DNA of 64,000 nucleotides from Nitrospirota bacterium (GTDB lineage Bacteria > Nitrospirota > UBA9217): NCBI GenBank assembly GCA_963845065.1, contig CAWJQQ010000001.1:1258057-1322056 (forward strand), given 5' to 3'. The position numbers and the translations under genes were made by a program. Below are positions 51,454-62,637 of this stretch, piece after piece. The notes under the pieces were generated by a model, which saw nothing but the letters and a program-made list of their open reading frames with translations, was not told the DNA's origin and did no database searches. Numbering within the stretch: position 1 is the stretch's first letter; the number at the start of each line of letters is the position of its first letter.

Positions 51454-53382
51454 AAGCGCCGGGATAAACCGGCATAGAGTCGGGGGTGAAAGTCCCCTAC
51501 GTGAAAGGATGAGCTGATCCATCATGGCCTCGAATCATGCGCGGGCAGTCGTGAGATTGCACGTGAAGCGTTGACAGAGGAAGCGCAGGCCAGCCATTGA
51601 GCTCCGAAATCCGGTGATTCGGGGTGCCGACCGCGTACGAATGCTGGGAAGGCACTACTGGCAACGCCGCTATCCAGCCAGACGTTGCCCGACCCCGCGG
51701 AGTCAGAGAACCTGAGCATGCGTGGATACTCTATGTTCGAGAACCGGGAGAGCTCAGCAGCTCCCGCTAGGAAACATTAAGCGGGACGGTAAGGGAAGGC
51801 CTGTGGCCGCGATCCTTATATGCACGCTGCTGAGCAGTCTGACATCGGCGTACTACCTAAGAAGGTGCCGAACAAAGCTGCGTGTTCCCCATGCGGCGGC
51901 GGAGGCTCCGGAGGGAAGGCTGATGACCAAGGGGAAATTCTGGAAAGTCGTCTGCGACCTGTACGCAGAGACAGGGGTAAGCATTGAACGGACTTGACAG
52001 GATACGTGAAGCAGCGGCAAGGGATGGGAACCTTCGTTTCACCAGCCTCATGCACCATATCACAGAAGAAATGCTTCGGGATGCTTACAATGCGCTCAAA
52101 CGCAACGCGGCAGCTGGGGTAGACGATGTGACATGGCAAGAGTACGGTGAGGGACTGGATGTCCGGATAAAGGACCTCCACGATCGGGTAAAGAGTGGCA
52201 GGTTCCGAGCAAAGCCTTCGAAGCGGGTATGGATACCCAAGCCGGACGGTCGTCAAAGACCAATCGGCATAGCCGCACTTGAGGACAAGATAGTCCAACA
52301 AGCGGTGGTGTGGGTACTGAGCCATATCTATGAAAAGGACTTTCTCGGTTTCAGCTACGGATTTCGACCGGAGCGTAGCCAGCATAACGCGCTGGATGCG
52401 ATATGGATGGGAATCACCCGAATGAAGGTAAACTGGGTGCTGGATGCGGACATCAAGAGTTTCTTTGACACGATCAATCATGCGTGGCTGATGAAGCTTC
52501 TGGAACGTCGCATCGCAGACCCTCGGATGCTCCGCCTGATCCGAAAGTGGCTCAGGGCCGGAGTATCGGAAGACGGCGAGTGGTCAAAGACGGAGGTAGG
52601 CACGCCGCAAGGGTCAGTCATATCGCCCTTGCTCAGTAATATCTACCTGCATTACGTTCTTGACAAGTGGGTAACAGAATGGCGAAAGAACAAAGCAAAC
52701 GGTGAAGTAATCATCGTTCGCTACGCCGACGATTTCGTCATGGGGTTTCAATACCGGAGCAGTGCGGAACGTTTCCTGCAAGAAATGAAGAAACGATTCG
52801 CCGCTTTCGGGCTTGAAATTCACAGCGAAAAGACCCGGCTCATCGAGTTCGGACGGTTCGCGGAAGCAAACCGCGCCGAGCGGGGAGAAGGGAAGGCTGA
52901 AACGTTTGACTTTCTCGGGTTCACGCATATCTGTAGCAGGACCTGGAAGAACAATCGTTTCACTATACACCGCAGGACAATCGCCAAACGTCTTCGGGCA
53001 AAGCTGAAGGAAGTGAGAAAAGAGCTCATTCAACGCAGGCATGAGCCGGTGCCGGTACTTGGTAAGTGGCTCAGGTCAGTGGTACAGGGTCATCTCAATT
53101 ACTTCGCGGTGCCCGGCAACATAAAGGCATTACAGGCGTTTCGCACGGAGATAAATAAGGCATGGCTCTTCGCGCTAAGGCGCCGCAGCCATAAGGCCAG
53201 AAATCTAACGTGGGACCGGATGAAATGCTTAATAAAGACGTGGATACCCGCAGCCAAAATCAAGCACCCGTACCCGCACCAAAGGCTTTGCGTGAACCAC
53301 CCGAGGTAAGAGCCGTGTGAGGTAGTGCCTCTAGCACGGATCCGTGCGGGGGGCGTCCAGTAACGGACGTCCCTACCGCGAT
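51454..53382 (+). mobile_element. Group II intron (class E-like), 5' boundary uncertain (51450-51454)
   Basis: GC-rich structured 5' RNA; RT ORF; domain V GAGCCGTGTGAGGTAGTGCCTCTAGCACGGATC; domain VI ending CCCTACCGCGAT. Confidence 0.9.
51984..53309 (+). CDS. ltrA: Group II intron reverse transcriptase/maturase, no endonuclease domain
   Basis: IPKPDGRQRPIGI, SYGFRP, GTPQGSVISPLLSNIYLH, RYADD, FDFLGF; TTG start. Confidence 0.95.
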   Translation: MNGLDRIREAAARDGNLRFTSLMHHITEEMLRDAYNALKRNAAAGVDDVTWQEYGEGLDVRIKDLHDRVKSGRFRAKPSKRVWIPKPDGRQRPIGIAALEDKIVQQAVVWVLSHIYEKDFLGFSYGFRPERSQHNALDAIWMGITRMKVNWVLDADIKSFFDTINHAWLMKLLERRIADPRMLRLIRKWLRAGVSEDGEWSKTEVGTPQGSVISPLLSNIYLHYVLDKWVTEWRKNKANGEVIIVRYADDFVMGFQYRSSAERFLQEMKKRFAAFGLEIHSEKTRLIEFGRFAEANRAERGEGKAETFDFLGFTHICSRTWKNNRFTIHRRTIAKRLRAKLKEVRKELIQRRHEPVPVLGKWLRSVVQGHLNYFAVPGNIKALQAFRTEINKAWLFALRRRSHKARNLTWDRMKCLIKTWIPAAKIKHPYPHQRLCVNHPR

Positions 53383-53601
53383 TACAGTTTCAACCTATCG
53401 CATCTCGCATGTTTGTAGGTGGACTTGAGAGTTCAATACTAACGATTGACTAATACCATATGAAGTTTTCAATTAACTCTCCACCACGCACATTTCCTAT
53501 GCTTAATAGACGTGGAGCTTGCTCATGGCTCGCCACTTTTGCCCACTCGTCAAGTGCCTGTAGAGTCCAGAAATGCATATGCGCGCTACCGAAAGGCACG
53601 A

Positions 53602-54045
53602 ATGAAAAGTATTGTCGAACTGGATATCAACGTAGGGCAGGCGAAACTCGCTGAACTGTTCACGGATCCCCAACGCAATCCGGAGTGGATGGATGATCTG
53701 GAAAGGATTGAACCCGTAGGGGGTGATCTGGGAAAACCCGGATCGACCTACCGATTGGTACCGAAACAAGGGAAACTTACCTTTGTGGCGCGGATTATCT
53801 CGCGAGAACTGCCGACAGAAGCAAAACTGATTCTTGATGCACCGAGTGTCTCTGTGTCAGTGACTGGCAAGTTTATTGCGTTATCCGAAGAGTCGACGAG
53901 GCTGGTTTCCGAAGAAATATTTAGCTTCAAGGGAATATTTGGGAAACTTCTTGGTCTTTTTGCACGGGGAGCAATTAAAGGCGCTCATCGTCGGCATATG
54001 GAATCCTTTACGGGAGAAACTGTCATCCGGAAATGTCCCTTTTGA
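53602..54045 (+). CDS. SRPBCC-family protein, C-terminus probably replaced
   Basis: LFTDPQRNPEWM...HMESF followed by an unrelated tail. Confidence 0.65.
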   Translation: MKSIVELDINVGQAKLAELFTDPQRNPEWMDDLERIEPVGGDLGKPGSTYRLVPKQGKLTFVARIISRELPTEAKLILDAPSVSVSVTGKFIALSEESTRLVSEEIFSFKGIFGKLLGLFARGAIKGAHRRHMESFTGETVIRKCPF

Positions 54046-54386
54046 CGAAAGAACCCAACGTCGAAACACTGTCTGTGAGAAACTGTATTGAAGCCTTTTT
54101 AGGAGACAGGGCAACTGAGCTGGAGGATCAGCGTACGATGATCATGACTCCCGGATGGGTCAGGGCATGGCCGTCAATTATGAAGGGACTCGGCTGGGAT
54201 GAAGTGGATGTCCGAACCAATCTGGGAAGATATGAACGAATACTCCTTATTGACTCAGGCTTAGAATCATTAACCGACGAGGAAATCTTGGCTTTTTTCG
54301 ATCTTACTCAGGTACCTATCGAAAGCGAGCCTCTTGATTTGCAGCATTTCAAGGATGTTGTGCATAGCCTACTGAATAGATGTTGA
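54006..54386 (+). pseudogene. DUF1638-like protein, 5'-truncated
   Basis: YGRNCHP...NCIEAFLG...MTPGWVRAW...YERILLIDSG with no N-terminal third. Confidence 0.62.
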
Positions 54387-54444
54387 TACAGACAGGACGA
54401 GCAGTACCCAGGATTCATATTCTGGTATCAAAGGAGGTAATCAA

Positions 54445-54807
54445 ATGAAAATGAGCAATGAATTAAAAGAAATGCTGGGGAAAATGCCTTTTGTACCATT
54501 AGTCACTTCGGGAAATGATGGGCCGCATCTCATTGTGGCGGGCAAAGGAATCGTTATTGATGATGATACGGTTGCTTTTTTCGGCTGGCGACAGGGGGTA
54601 ACTAGCCGGAATATAGAGAATAACGGGATCATTCAGATCGTCGTTGTCTCGGAAGCACGGGACAAGGGCTACAGGCTTGCAGGCAGTGGACACATTGAAA
54701 AGGAAGGTGCAATTTCCGACCGTCTTCGGGGAATTTTCCCGAAGCACCTTGGAACGCTTAATTTCGTAACCGTCATGAAAGTGGAACGGATAGAATCACT
54801 GCTTTAG
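54445..54807 (+). CDS. FMN-binding split-barrel (pyridoxamine 5'-phosphate oxidase-like) protein
   Basis: LVTSGNDGPHL, TSRNIENN, GYRLAG; AAGGAGG RBS. Confidence 0.72.
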   Translation: MKMSNELKEMLGKMPFVPLVTSGNDGPHLIVAGKGIVIDDDTVAFFGWRQGVTSRNIENNGIIQIVVVSEARDKGYRLAGSGHIEKEGAISDRLRGIFPKHLGTLNFVTVMKVERIESLL

Positions 54808-55039
54808 CGCCTTGATACTAGGTTTTCATTGTATAAAGAAGCAACCATATTATCGAAATCACCAGTTACCAGAATGAGTATTCTGGGAGCCACTTGTACG
54901 AGTGCATGCAAGACTCAGGAGTTGACATCATTCTCTTGACGTTATATATCTCCGGTGCTAAGGTCAATTAGGATAGATGTAGTCCTGATATCCTTCGTTC
55001 GGAATTTGTCAATGACTTTGAGACACCCCTCGTCCGAAT

Positions 55040-56059
55040 TTAGTGTATTTTTTTCTCGCTCAGAGGGACCGGTTTCGGTTTGTTAATCCAAACTGCAGCC
55101 GGTAATGAAGGAGGCACAGGCGCTTTTTTCACAAACCGTTCAGGATGTGCCTCATACGCGGTGAGAAGCACCTCGCCTCTGGCTTTTTGCACATCCTGCG
55201 CAAATCCGTAGTGGACGGACTCCGGCGTGTGCAGTCCGATGCCGGAGTGATGATGCTCTGTGTTATACCAGGGAAAGAAGATCTGACCGAAACTTCGACT
55301 ATCCTCGATGCAGCCGAACCGATCGGGGAAGTCCGGCATATACTTGAGCGTTTTGAACTGAGCTTCTGAAAAAGGGTTGTCATCGCTAGTATACGGTCTG
55401 CTGTGGGTCTTAGTGATGCCCAGATCGGCCAGGAGCAAGGCAATCGGTCTGGACCTCATGGACGAACCACGGTCTGCATGAATGGTGAGTTGTCCTTTTT
55501 CGATGTTCTGCTTTGCGCAGGTTTCCTTGATGAGTCTTTCCGCCAATGCAGCCGATTCCGCAGGGGCGATCATCCAGCCGACGACGTAGCGGCTGAAGAT
55601 GTCCAGGATCACATAGAGGTAAAAATAGGTCCACTTTGCCGGGCCTAAAAGCTTGGTAATGTCCCAAGACCAGACTTGGTTTGGTGCCGTGGCCAAAAGC
55701 TCCGGCTTCTGATACACGGGATGGGTGAGTTGGCTCCTGCGCTCCTTGACCTCCTGGTTCTCGTCGAGGATGCGATACATGGTGCTTATAGAGCATTGAT
55801 ATGAGCCTTCATCCAATAGGGTTGCGTAGACCTCCTGGGGTGCCTTATCCACGAACCGATCAGAATGTAGGACGTCAAGCACTCCTTGCCGCTCGTCTGA
55901 AGACAGAGCACGCGGCGGGCTCGGACGTTTCATCGGCTCCATGAGAGGCGCATTTTTCCGCGCCTGCGTCCGGTAGAACCCTGAACGAGGGATATCGAGC
56001 GATGCGCATGCTGATTTGATCCCGACATCAGAGGAAAGAGTAAGAGCGGCTTCCATCAC
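55040..56059 (-). CDS. IS3 transposase OrfB (rve core)
   Basis: WSWDIT, HADRG, DNPFSEAQFKTLK. Confidence 0.93.
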   Translation of the reverse strand: MMEAALTLSSDVGIKSACASLDIPRSGFYRTQARKNAPLMEPMKRPSPPRALSSDERQGVLDVLHSDRFVDKAPQEVYATLLDEGSYQCSISTMYRILDENQEVKERRSQLTHPVYQKPELLATAPNQVWSWDITKLLGPAKWTYFYLYVILDIFSRYVVGWMIAPAESAALAERLIKETCAKQNIEKGQLTIHADRGSSMRSRPIALLLADLGITKTHSRPYTSDDNPFSEAQFKTLKYMPDFPDRFGCIEDSRSFGQIFFPWYNTEHHHSGIGLHTPESVHYGFAQDVQKARGEVLLTAYEAHPERFVKKAPVPPSLPAAVWINKPKPVPLSEKKIH

Positions 56060-56559
56060 TCGTTCCCTCCGTTCTCGTCGGTCGCAATCGGGATCCCCAG
56101 AAGCTGTGATATTTTTTTTTGAACGTCGTTGATGATTTCTGCCTTTCTGAGGCGATTGGTAAGCCGCTCATTCTCCTTGCGGAGCTTCTCGTTCTCTGCT
56201 GCAAGAGGATTGCGGACTGATTCCTTACGACCCCGCTTCTTGGGCGCGAGGGCGGATAGTACACCGCGGTCGCGCTGACGACGCCAGGTGTCGAGATTTG
56301 ATGCATAGAGTCCCTCCTGGCGCAGGAGCTTGCCAAGGCATCCAGGCGTGTTGCAGGCATCGGCAAGCGTAAGGACACGAAGCTTGTATTCAGCCGTAAA
56401 ACGTCGCCGAGCGGCTTTAGCCGGAACCTCGGGGTCTGGCAGGACCGAAGGCGCACCTTGAGACGGATTGACTTCTTGCGGGGCTTCGCCCCAGGGAACC
56501 TCAGTCGCCCTACGGGCTCCTTCGTTTCCCTGGGTTGCTTTGATCTTTGCTGCTATCAT
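56056..56559 (-). CDS. IS3 transposase OrfA
   Basis: RRRFTAEYK...LLRQEGLY...WR; leucine-zipper tail; overlaps orfB start. Confidence 0.9.
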   Translation of the reverse strand: MIAAKIKATQGNEGARRATEVPWGEAPQEVNPSQGAPSVLPDPEVPAKAARRRFTAEYKLRVLTLADACNTPGCLGKLLRQEGLYASNLDTWRRQRDRGVLSALAPKKRGRKESVRNPLAAENEKLRKENERLTNRLRKAEIINDVQKKISQLLGIPIATDENGGNE

Positions 56560-56636
56560 AATGATTTCTCCTCCCCGCCCTCTACTCTAATTTACCATAG
56601 GGGAGGTGTCTCAGTTATATTGACACAGAGGGGATC

Positions 56637-56942
56637 GATGCCCTACTTACTCTCTACGAATCACAACCTTTTTCCGAATTTACATACTGGAGTTGTCATA
56701 AATTTCTTTTTAACTCAGCTACATTGCGTCAGCTCGCAGTAAAAGCGGGTTTGCGAATCGAAGCCATCCAGCATGTTCAACGCTATCCGTTATCAAATCA
56801 TTTATACTGGTTGGCGAAAGGCAAACCGGGTGGACATCGGCAATGGTTCTTTCTTTCAGACAAGGATTTAGAACAAACCTATACAGCTAGACTTGCAGCA
56901 ATAGGTAAAACGGACACGTTGGTAGCGATTCTGACTGCATGA
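56637..56942 (+). pseudogene. Class I SAM methyltransferase C-terminus truncated by the IS
   Basis: Open frame DALLTLYES...FTYWSCH...QRYPLSNHLYWLAKGKPGGH begins at the IS end with no start codon. Confidence 0.7.
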
Positions 56943-56984
56943 TATTATGATTTGATTTGCCTCAATTAATTATAGGAGATCATA

Positions 56985-57607
56985 GTGACTAAAAAGGTAA
57001 TATGGCATCACGCGACAGTCACCCGCCAGTGGCGCGAGCAGCATAATAAGCATCGTGGTGCTGTGTTATGGTTTACCGGACTATCAGCATCCGGGAAATC
57101 GACCTTAGCACACGCAGTAGAGAAACCTTGTTTAAAAATGGCTGTCGCACCTTCGTTTTAGATGGCGACAATGTACGCCACGGTCTATGCCGAGACTTAA
57201 ATTTTAGTCTGGGTGACAGGGCTGAAAATATTCGCAGAGTTGGGGAAGTCGCAAAACTTTTTTTGGAAGCTGGAACAATCGTTCTCGCAGCATTTATTTC
57301 TCCTCTCCGCATGGAGCGAGAAAAGGTGAGGACGCTCATCCCCCATGGTGATTTTATCGAAATTTTTTGTGAGGCGCCAATCGAAATCTGCGAAAAAAGA
57401 GATCTAAAGGGATTTTATGCCAAGGCACGACGAGGTGAAATATTGGAATTCACAGGAGTTAGTTCGCCCTATCAGCCGTCTATAAACGCCGAGCTTGTAA
57501 TTAATACTGGCCATCGCACCCTTGAAGATTGTGTGCGAAGCGTTATAGCATTGTTAGATGACCGAGGAATTATCTTTTGCAAGGTTGGTAAAGACGGAAT
57601 TTCATGA
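56985..57607 (+). pseudogene. cysC: Adenylyl-sulfate kinase, frameshifted near 57120
   Basis: GTG start behind [16 protein letters not shown] in one frame, [10 protein letters not shown]...FISP...FTGVSSPY in another. Confidence 0.88.
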
Positions 57608-59073
57608 GTGTCGCGAAGAAAAGCACTCAAACTTTGGTAGGGCATCTGCTAGTCTTCGCACAGGGTCTTGTTCTTACGCCTCTCATTATAAAGGTTGCCG
57701 GAACGGAGACTTATGCATGGTATGTTTTGCTTGCATCGTATCTGAGCATTATGGTTGGTATTTCATCGTTTGGTGTCGGCATAAACGCCAAGCGTTGGTT
57801 GCCTAGTCATAATGCACCTGCCGCCAGAGCGACATTTTTTTTGCCGCAATTTACATTTCAGTTAACGTCCATTCTTATATTAGCGATACTTTCTATGCTC
57901 GCCTATAAAATTGGTATAAACGCAGCAAAATATAAATCTTTAAATCTCTGGATATGGCTGATCCCTGCTTATCTTGTTGCTTATGTTTTGTACAGTCAGG
58001 GAACAGATTTCTATCGGTATACTCATCGAATAGGTTCATTCAATGCGGCGACTGTAGGGCAACCCTATTTATTTATCGGGATATCACTCTTTATTTACTT
58101 TGTTAGCAGATCTCTTAGTCTAAACGTTCTTTTATTGTCACAAGTGATAGCATGTTTACTGGTTGCTGCTATACTGCTTCAGCGGTTGCAAAAGGAAATA
58201 GGCCTGCACTTGCGACTACCATCGTGGGTAAATTTGACGAATGAAATCGCAATTGGTTTTCCATTAATTCTCTCTTTTCTCGTAGATGTTGTTTTATCCA
58301 GTGGTGATCGCTACGTCATCGCAGCAACAATGTCAGTGCGGGACGTTGTACCATATGCCCCCGCCTATGCTTTGGGTTCTCTGGTTATCGTTTTACCAAA
58401 AGTATTTGGAGTTGTACTCCCACCGGTACTTGCGAAGCGCATTGATTCCGGTGATATTGTCGGTGCACGCCAATTGATGAACCAATCAGTGAGGATATTA
58501 TTAATAATCTCTGTTCCATTTGTTATGGGATCGTGGATTCTTGGAGAGAAATTATTGCGTCTCTATTCTAATGATGAAATCGCTAAAGCCGCGTGGCCAG
58601 TAATCCCTCTGGTCGCATTAGCCTCTATTTTTTACGGACTCATTTTGATTAATGCAAATCTATTGTTCATACGTCTTAAGACGGGTGCGTTATTTCGAAT
58701 AAATGCGGTCGCCGCATTGCTTAACATTGTGTTGAACATTGTTCTATTACAAATTTTCAAAAATGTGATCTTTGCAGCCATCACAACACTGTTGAGTTAT
58801 TTTGTCAGCTATCTTTGGCTTAGACAAATCATGATTTCCGATGAAGTACGCGGTAATATCAACATTGGGTGGCTACTCCGCCTAATAGTCGCAAGCATTA
58901 TGATGGGGGGTGCTGTCCTATTGACGTCAAACATCATTCAGTTTCATCAAGTCATTGTACAAATTGGTGCAGACATGCTAGCTGGATTTGCTGTTTATGC
59001 TTTCATATTGTTTGTGTGGAAAGGTACAGCAGAGAAAGAAATTACCTTGATCAAAAATATCCTGGTGCGTTAA
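57604..59073 (+). CDS. Wzx-type oligosaccharide flippase
   Basis: Many TMs, LTPLII, GFPL...DRYVI; glycan locus context. Confidence 0.85.
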   Translation: MSVAKKSTQTLVGHLLVFAQGLVLTPLIIKVAGTETYAWYVLLASYLSIMVGISSFGVGINAKRWLPSHNAPAARATFFLPQFTFQLTSILILAILSMLAYKIGINAAKYKSLNLWIWLIPAYLVAYVLYSQGTDFYRYTHRIGSFNAATVGQPYLFIGISLFIYFVSRSLSLNVLLLSQVIACLLVAAILLQRLQKEIGLHLRLPSWVNLTNEIAIGFPLILSFLVDVVLSSGDRYVIAATMSVRDVVPYAPAYALGSLVIVLPKVFGVVLPPVLAKRIDSGDIVGARQLMNQSVRILLIISVPFVMGSWILGEKLLRLYSNDEIAKAAWPVIPLVALASIFYGLILINANLLFIRLKTGALFRINAVAALLNIVLNIVLLQIFKNVIFAAITTLLSYFVSYLWLRQIMISDEVRGNINIGWLLRLIVASIMMGGAVLLTSNIIQFHQVIVQIGADMLAGFAVYAFILFVWKGTAEKEITLIKNILVR

Positions 59074-60372
59074 TGACGGAGATAGGACAAAAACCCATTA
59101 TATTTATGCAGCCTGGACCTTTGCACTTGTTCTGGACGACCGGCGTTTTCTATTTTTGGGAACTCCAGAAATGCTTCGATTTTATCTTTCTGGTGCCTGA
59201 AAACTACCGCCATAGTGCACAGTTTCAAAAAGTAGCTGGTTTGACGGAAGTTCTTCATGTCGAATACATGTCTTCGAAGAGCATATTGCGAAGGCATCTC
59301 TATTATGCGCGACGGTTCAGACAACTTTTACGACGATACCTACCAAATCATGTGTTGATGCATAACCGTTCCTATGTTGAGAACCAGTATCTACTCTACC
59401 ACTGCCGTAGAGTCTGTCCTGAGGCAAGGCGTTACTACTACCAAAATGATCATGTCTCTGATGTGGAAGGATGATTTCATTGCTCGCAGAGCCGCCCAGA
59501 TTCATGACGTAATCCATCGTAATAAATGGCTGGCAGCGCATCATAAAATTACTGGAATATTGGTGAATATTCTCAATAAGTCTAAATTCTTTGTTAATTA
59601 CCGACTACTCCCATTCGTGATATGTGGTGTTGTTTTCCGACCTCCATTGAATGTTACAAATGGAGAGATCGACGCCAAAGCAACTCGCCAATTCCAAAGT
59701 TCCAAAAAGGATTATTTGCTAGCATATCTCGATAATGAAATAGAGGCGTATCGATCTCAGGGAATAACGAATATATTTAAGATTCAACATCCGTTAAGGG
59801 GGACTGGCCACGACGTCTTCACTTTTCTTTATGGTGAAATAGTTGAAACCGACTGCATACTTATCTTTCTCTTACCGAGCTATGGTTTTACGTCACGACT
59901 GATTGAAGATGGATGGAGCGTGGATGCAGTTGTTGGCCATGTTGCGAGTCGTTGGTCTGATACGATTCGAGAACTTCAAGATAGATTACACGGATATGAA
60001 CTGAAAATTAAACTCCACCCTGAATCACGTAATGATCTATTATGGAAGCGAATTGTTGACAAGATTACTGGACAATTTCCAAAACTGGAAATAGTGCCGA
60101 CTGAAGAGAGTGCAGAGTGGCATGTCGTAAGGTCACGTGTAATCGTGGGCGATGTGACGACAGTTCTCTGGTGGGCAGGTTTGTATGGTGGGAAAATTGT
60201 CCTTAGTATGGATGTGTTTGGATATTCCGGAGGGGACGAGATGAAGCTCTATCCAGATTTAGTCACATATGTGACTGACATTCATTGTATTAAGGCGGTA
60301 TCTACTAAAATGCAAAATTGCGAACATGAGTCGTCTAAGCTGACAACAATTTTGTTAAGAGGGGATATATAA
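59073..60372 (+). pseudogene. Polysaccharide biosynthesis protein (GT-B-like), frameshifted near 59450
   Basis: ATG overlaps wzx stop; two abutting frames; KIKLHP...IVGDVTTVL C-terminal motif. Confidence 0.55.
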
Positions 60373-61217
60373 ATGAACAAGTTGAAGAAACTTATTTTGG
60401 CTATGGTATTTAATGCTAAAATCGCTCTAAGATATGTAATGACTTACAGACATAAAGCTCTCTTATCGAATCCATCGTATCATGATGATTTGTATATTGT
60501 TTCTTTCCCGAAATCGGGTGCTACTTGGATGAACTTTTTAATGGCAAATATTCATTTGCGATCTATAGGGACAATAGAAAGGTTAATTTCTTTAATATAC
60601 ATGATTTTATTCCGGATATTCATGTCACCCGCCATGTAAAAAGTAACATCTTGAGTTTTCCTGGATTTAGAATAATTAAAAGCCATTCCGATTACAATCC
60701 ATATTACCATAAAGTAATATATATTATTAGAAATCCTTTAGATGTTATGGTATCTTATTATCTTTTTTTAAAAGGATTAAAAATATATAATGGAACGCTT
60801 AGTATGTTCATTCGGAATGATAAATATGGAATAAAAGCATGGGTACGCCATGTAAAGGGATGGATGAATTTGACTTCTGCCGATGTTAGCTTTATCACAA
60901 TATCTTATGAGGGTCTTAAACGGGATGCGGTTATCACACTAGAAAGTCTGTACAATAAAATGGGTTATAATATTGCCGGTGAAGTGATTAACTATGCTGT
61001 ATGTGAGTCATCATTTGAGAAAATGAGGGCGTCGGAGCTAGAATACGGTTATGGTGGACGTACTGTTGGAAAAAGTTTTGTCTTTATGCGTAAAGGTAAG
61101 TCGGGTGGCTGGAAACAAGATCTTTCACATGAGGACGTCCAATTTATATACCAAGCTGCTGGTGACCTGATGATTCAATTTGGCTATAGTGCGAATATTG
61201 AAGAAGGAGAAAAATGA
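60373..61217 (+). pseudogene. PAPS-dependent sulfotransferase, frameshifted near 60560
   Basis: SFPKSGATW (5'-PSB) in one frame; IRNPLDVMVSYY and RKGKSGGWK in another. Confidence 0.85.
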
Positions 61218-61677
61218 CAAACGTAATTCCATCGGTACAGTTTATCCGTAATAATAATTTAATTCTTGCCATCATTGTTCCAAAAAACTTTTCTGAACAT
61301 GGTGTTCATTTTTTTACTCCTGATTCCTTCTCTCAACAACTCGCATACATGTATCACTCGACGGGTAAGGTGATCTTTGCCACATGTTCACAATCATGTT
61401 GCGCGCGAAGTTTCCTTTACTCAAGAAGTGTTGATTATTAAACGCGGGAGATTGCGTGTGGATTTTTACGATGATAAGCGCAACTACCTCGAAAGCCGGA
61501 TTCTAAGATGCAGGAGACATAATCCTACTTGCCTCTGGCGGTCACGGCTTCCAGGTTCTTGAAGAATTAGAGATGCTGGAGGTAAAGCAGGGACCTTACG
61601 CTGGTGAAGCCGATAAGGAGCGTTTTGACCCTGTTGCTGCCGAGCGATTGATCGTGCCTGATTCGCATAGGGGGTAA
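61214..61677 (+). pseudogene. Cupin-like sugar-pathway protein with two frameshifts
   Basis: GVHFFTP...QQL / PHVHN...TQEVL...GRLRVDFY / GGHGF...EVKQGPY spread over successive frames. Confidence 0.7.
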
Positions 61678-61680
61678 ACA

Positions 61681-62616
61681 GTGATGCTTCGAGTGCTGAA
61701 GCAAATATTGAAACGTGAGCTCCAACGGTTGACAGCCTACTTATCTTTCTCCAGCCGCGATTGGGAGAATCCTGGACTGATACTGACAGCCCGGGTACTG
61801 ATGGCGAGCGAGTCATGGTGTGCCTTGACACAGCCTCTGTGTCTATCAGACAAGGAATTTCGCGTTTATTCTCAGTGCGGTGATGACGGCATCGTTCAAT
61901 TTCTGATCAAGACGCTTGGGATCCAAGACCACAGTTTCATTGAATTTGGTGTATCTGATTTCTTTGAGAGTAATACGCATTTTCTATTGGTGAACAATAA
62001 CTGGTGTGGTTTCGTTATTGACGGCTCGGAAGCGAACATCAGAACTGTGAGAAATTCGTCTCTGTACTGGCGCTATTCGTTGCAGGCAGAAAGCAACTTT
62101 ATTACCGTCGAGAATATCAACGACCTTTTAGACCGTTCTGGATTTGGTAAGATAGGTCTACTCCATATTGACTTGGATGGAAATGATTACTGGGTGCTGA
62201 ACTCGTTGGAACTGTCACGTTATCAACCCGATATCTTGATTCTCGAATACAATTCCATATTCGGCGCAGAACGGGCAATTACGGTTCCCTACGACCCCGC
62301 ATTCGACCGACTCTCTGCTCATTATACGGGGTCTCTTTTCGGAGCTTCTCTGCCCGCGTTAGTCCGTCTTGCCGGTAAGAAAGGATACTATTTCATTGGT
62401 TGTAACTCTTCAGGAAATAATGCATATTTTCTGCGCGAAGTATATCGTGATCACATTGCACCCAAAGATGTGCGTGAAGGATTTGTAGAGGCTCGTTTCC
62501 GGGATTCACGAAATTCCGCGGGGCAGCTGACCTATTTTGATGGAGCAAGATGTCGCGATTTGCTGCGAGGCATGCAAGTGATTAATGTAGAGAACGGGAG
62601 CAGCGAATCTTTCTGA
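61681..62616 (+). CDS. Hypothetical glycan-locus protein (FkbM-like methyltransferase-related)
   Basis: YSQCGDDG, FIEFG, IDLDGNDYW, EYN, GASL, GNNAYF. Confidence 0.65.
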   Translation: MMLRVLKQILKRELQRLTAYLSFSSRDWENPGLILTARVLMASESWCALTQPLCLSDKEFRVYSQCGDDGIVQFLIKTLGIQDHSFIEFGVSDFFESNTHFLLVNNNWCGFVIDGSEANIRTVRNSSLYWRYSLQAESNFITVENINDLLDRSGFGKIGLLHIDLDGNDYWVLNSLELSRYQPDILILEYNSIFGAERAITVPYDPAFDRLSAHYTGSLFGASLPALVRLAGKKGYYFIGCNSSGNNAYFLREVYRDHIAPKDVREGFVEARFRDSRNSAGQLTYFDGARCRDLLRGMQVINVENGSSESF

Positions 62617-62637
62617 CTTTACAATTATGAGAAAGGT

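Larger units (their letters stand above)
55007..56625 (-). mobile_element. IS3-family insertion sequence
   Basis: IRs TGTCAATGACTTTGAGACACC / GGTGTCTCAGTTATATTGACA; orfA + orfB; A9 slippery run near 56112-56120; no target duplication seen. Confidence 0.9.

Noticed and set aside
51816..53042. Long antisense ORFs (also 2326-3021, 3995-4621, 19988-20554, 38705-39409, 45692-46075)
   Set aside because: Shadow frames of well-supported genes with no motifs of their own
51984..53309. Retron, DGR or defence RT
   Set aside because: DV/DVI RNA and a maturase region identify a group II intron; no template/variable repeat pair or msr-msd seen
51434..53395. CRISPR repeats suggested by GTTTCAACC on both intron flanks
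   Set aside because: Only two short imperfect copies, no regular spacers, no cas genes
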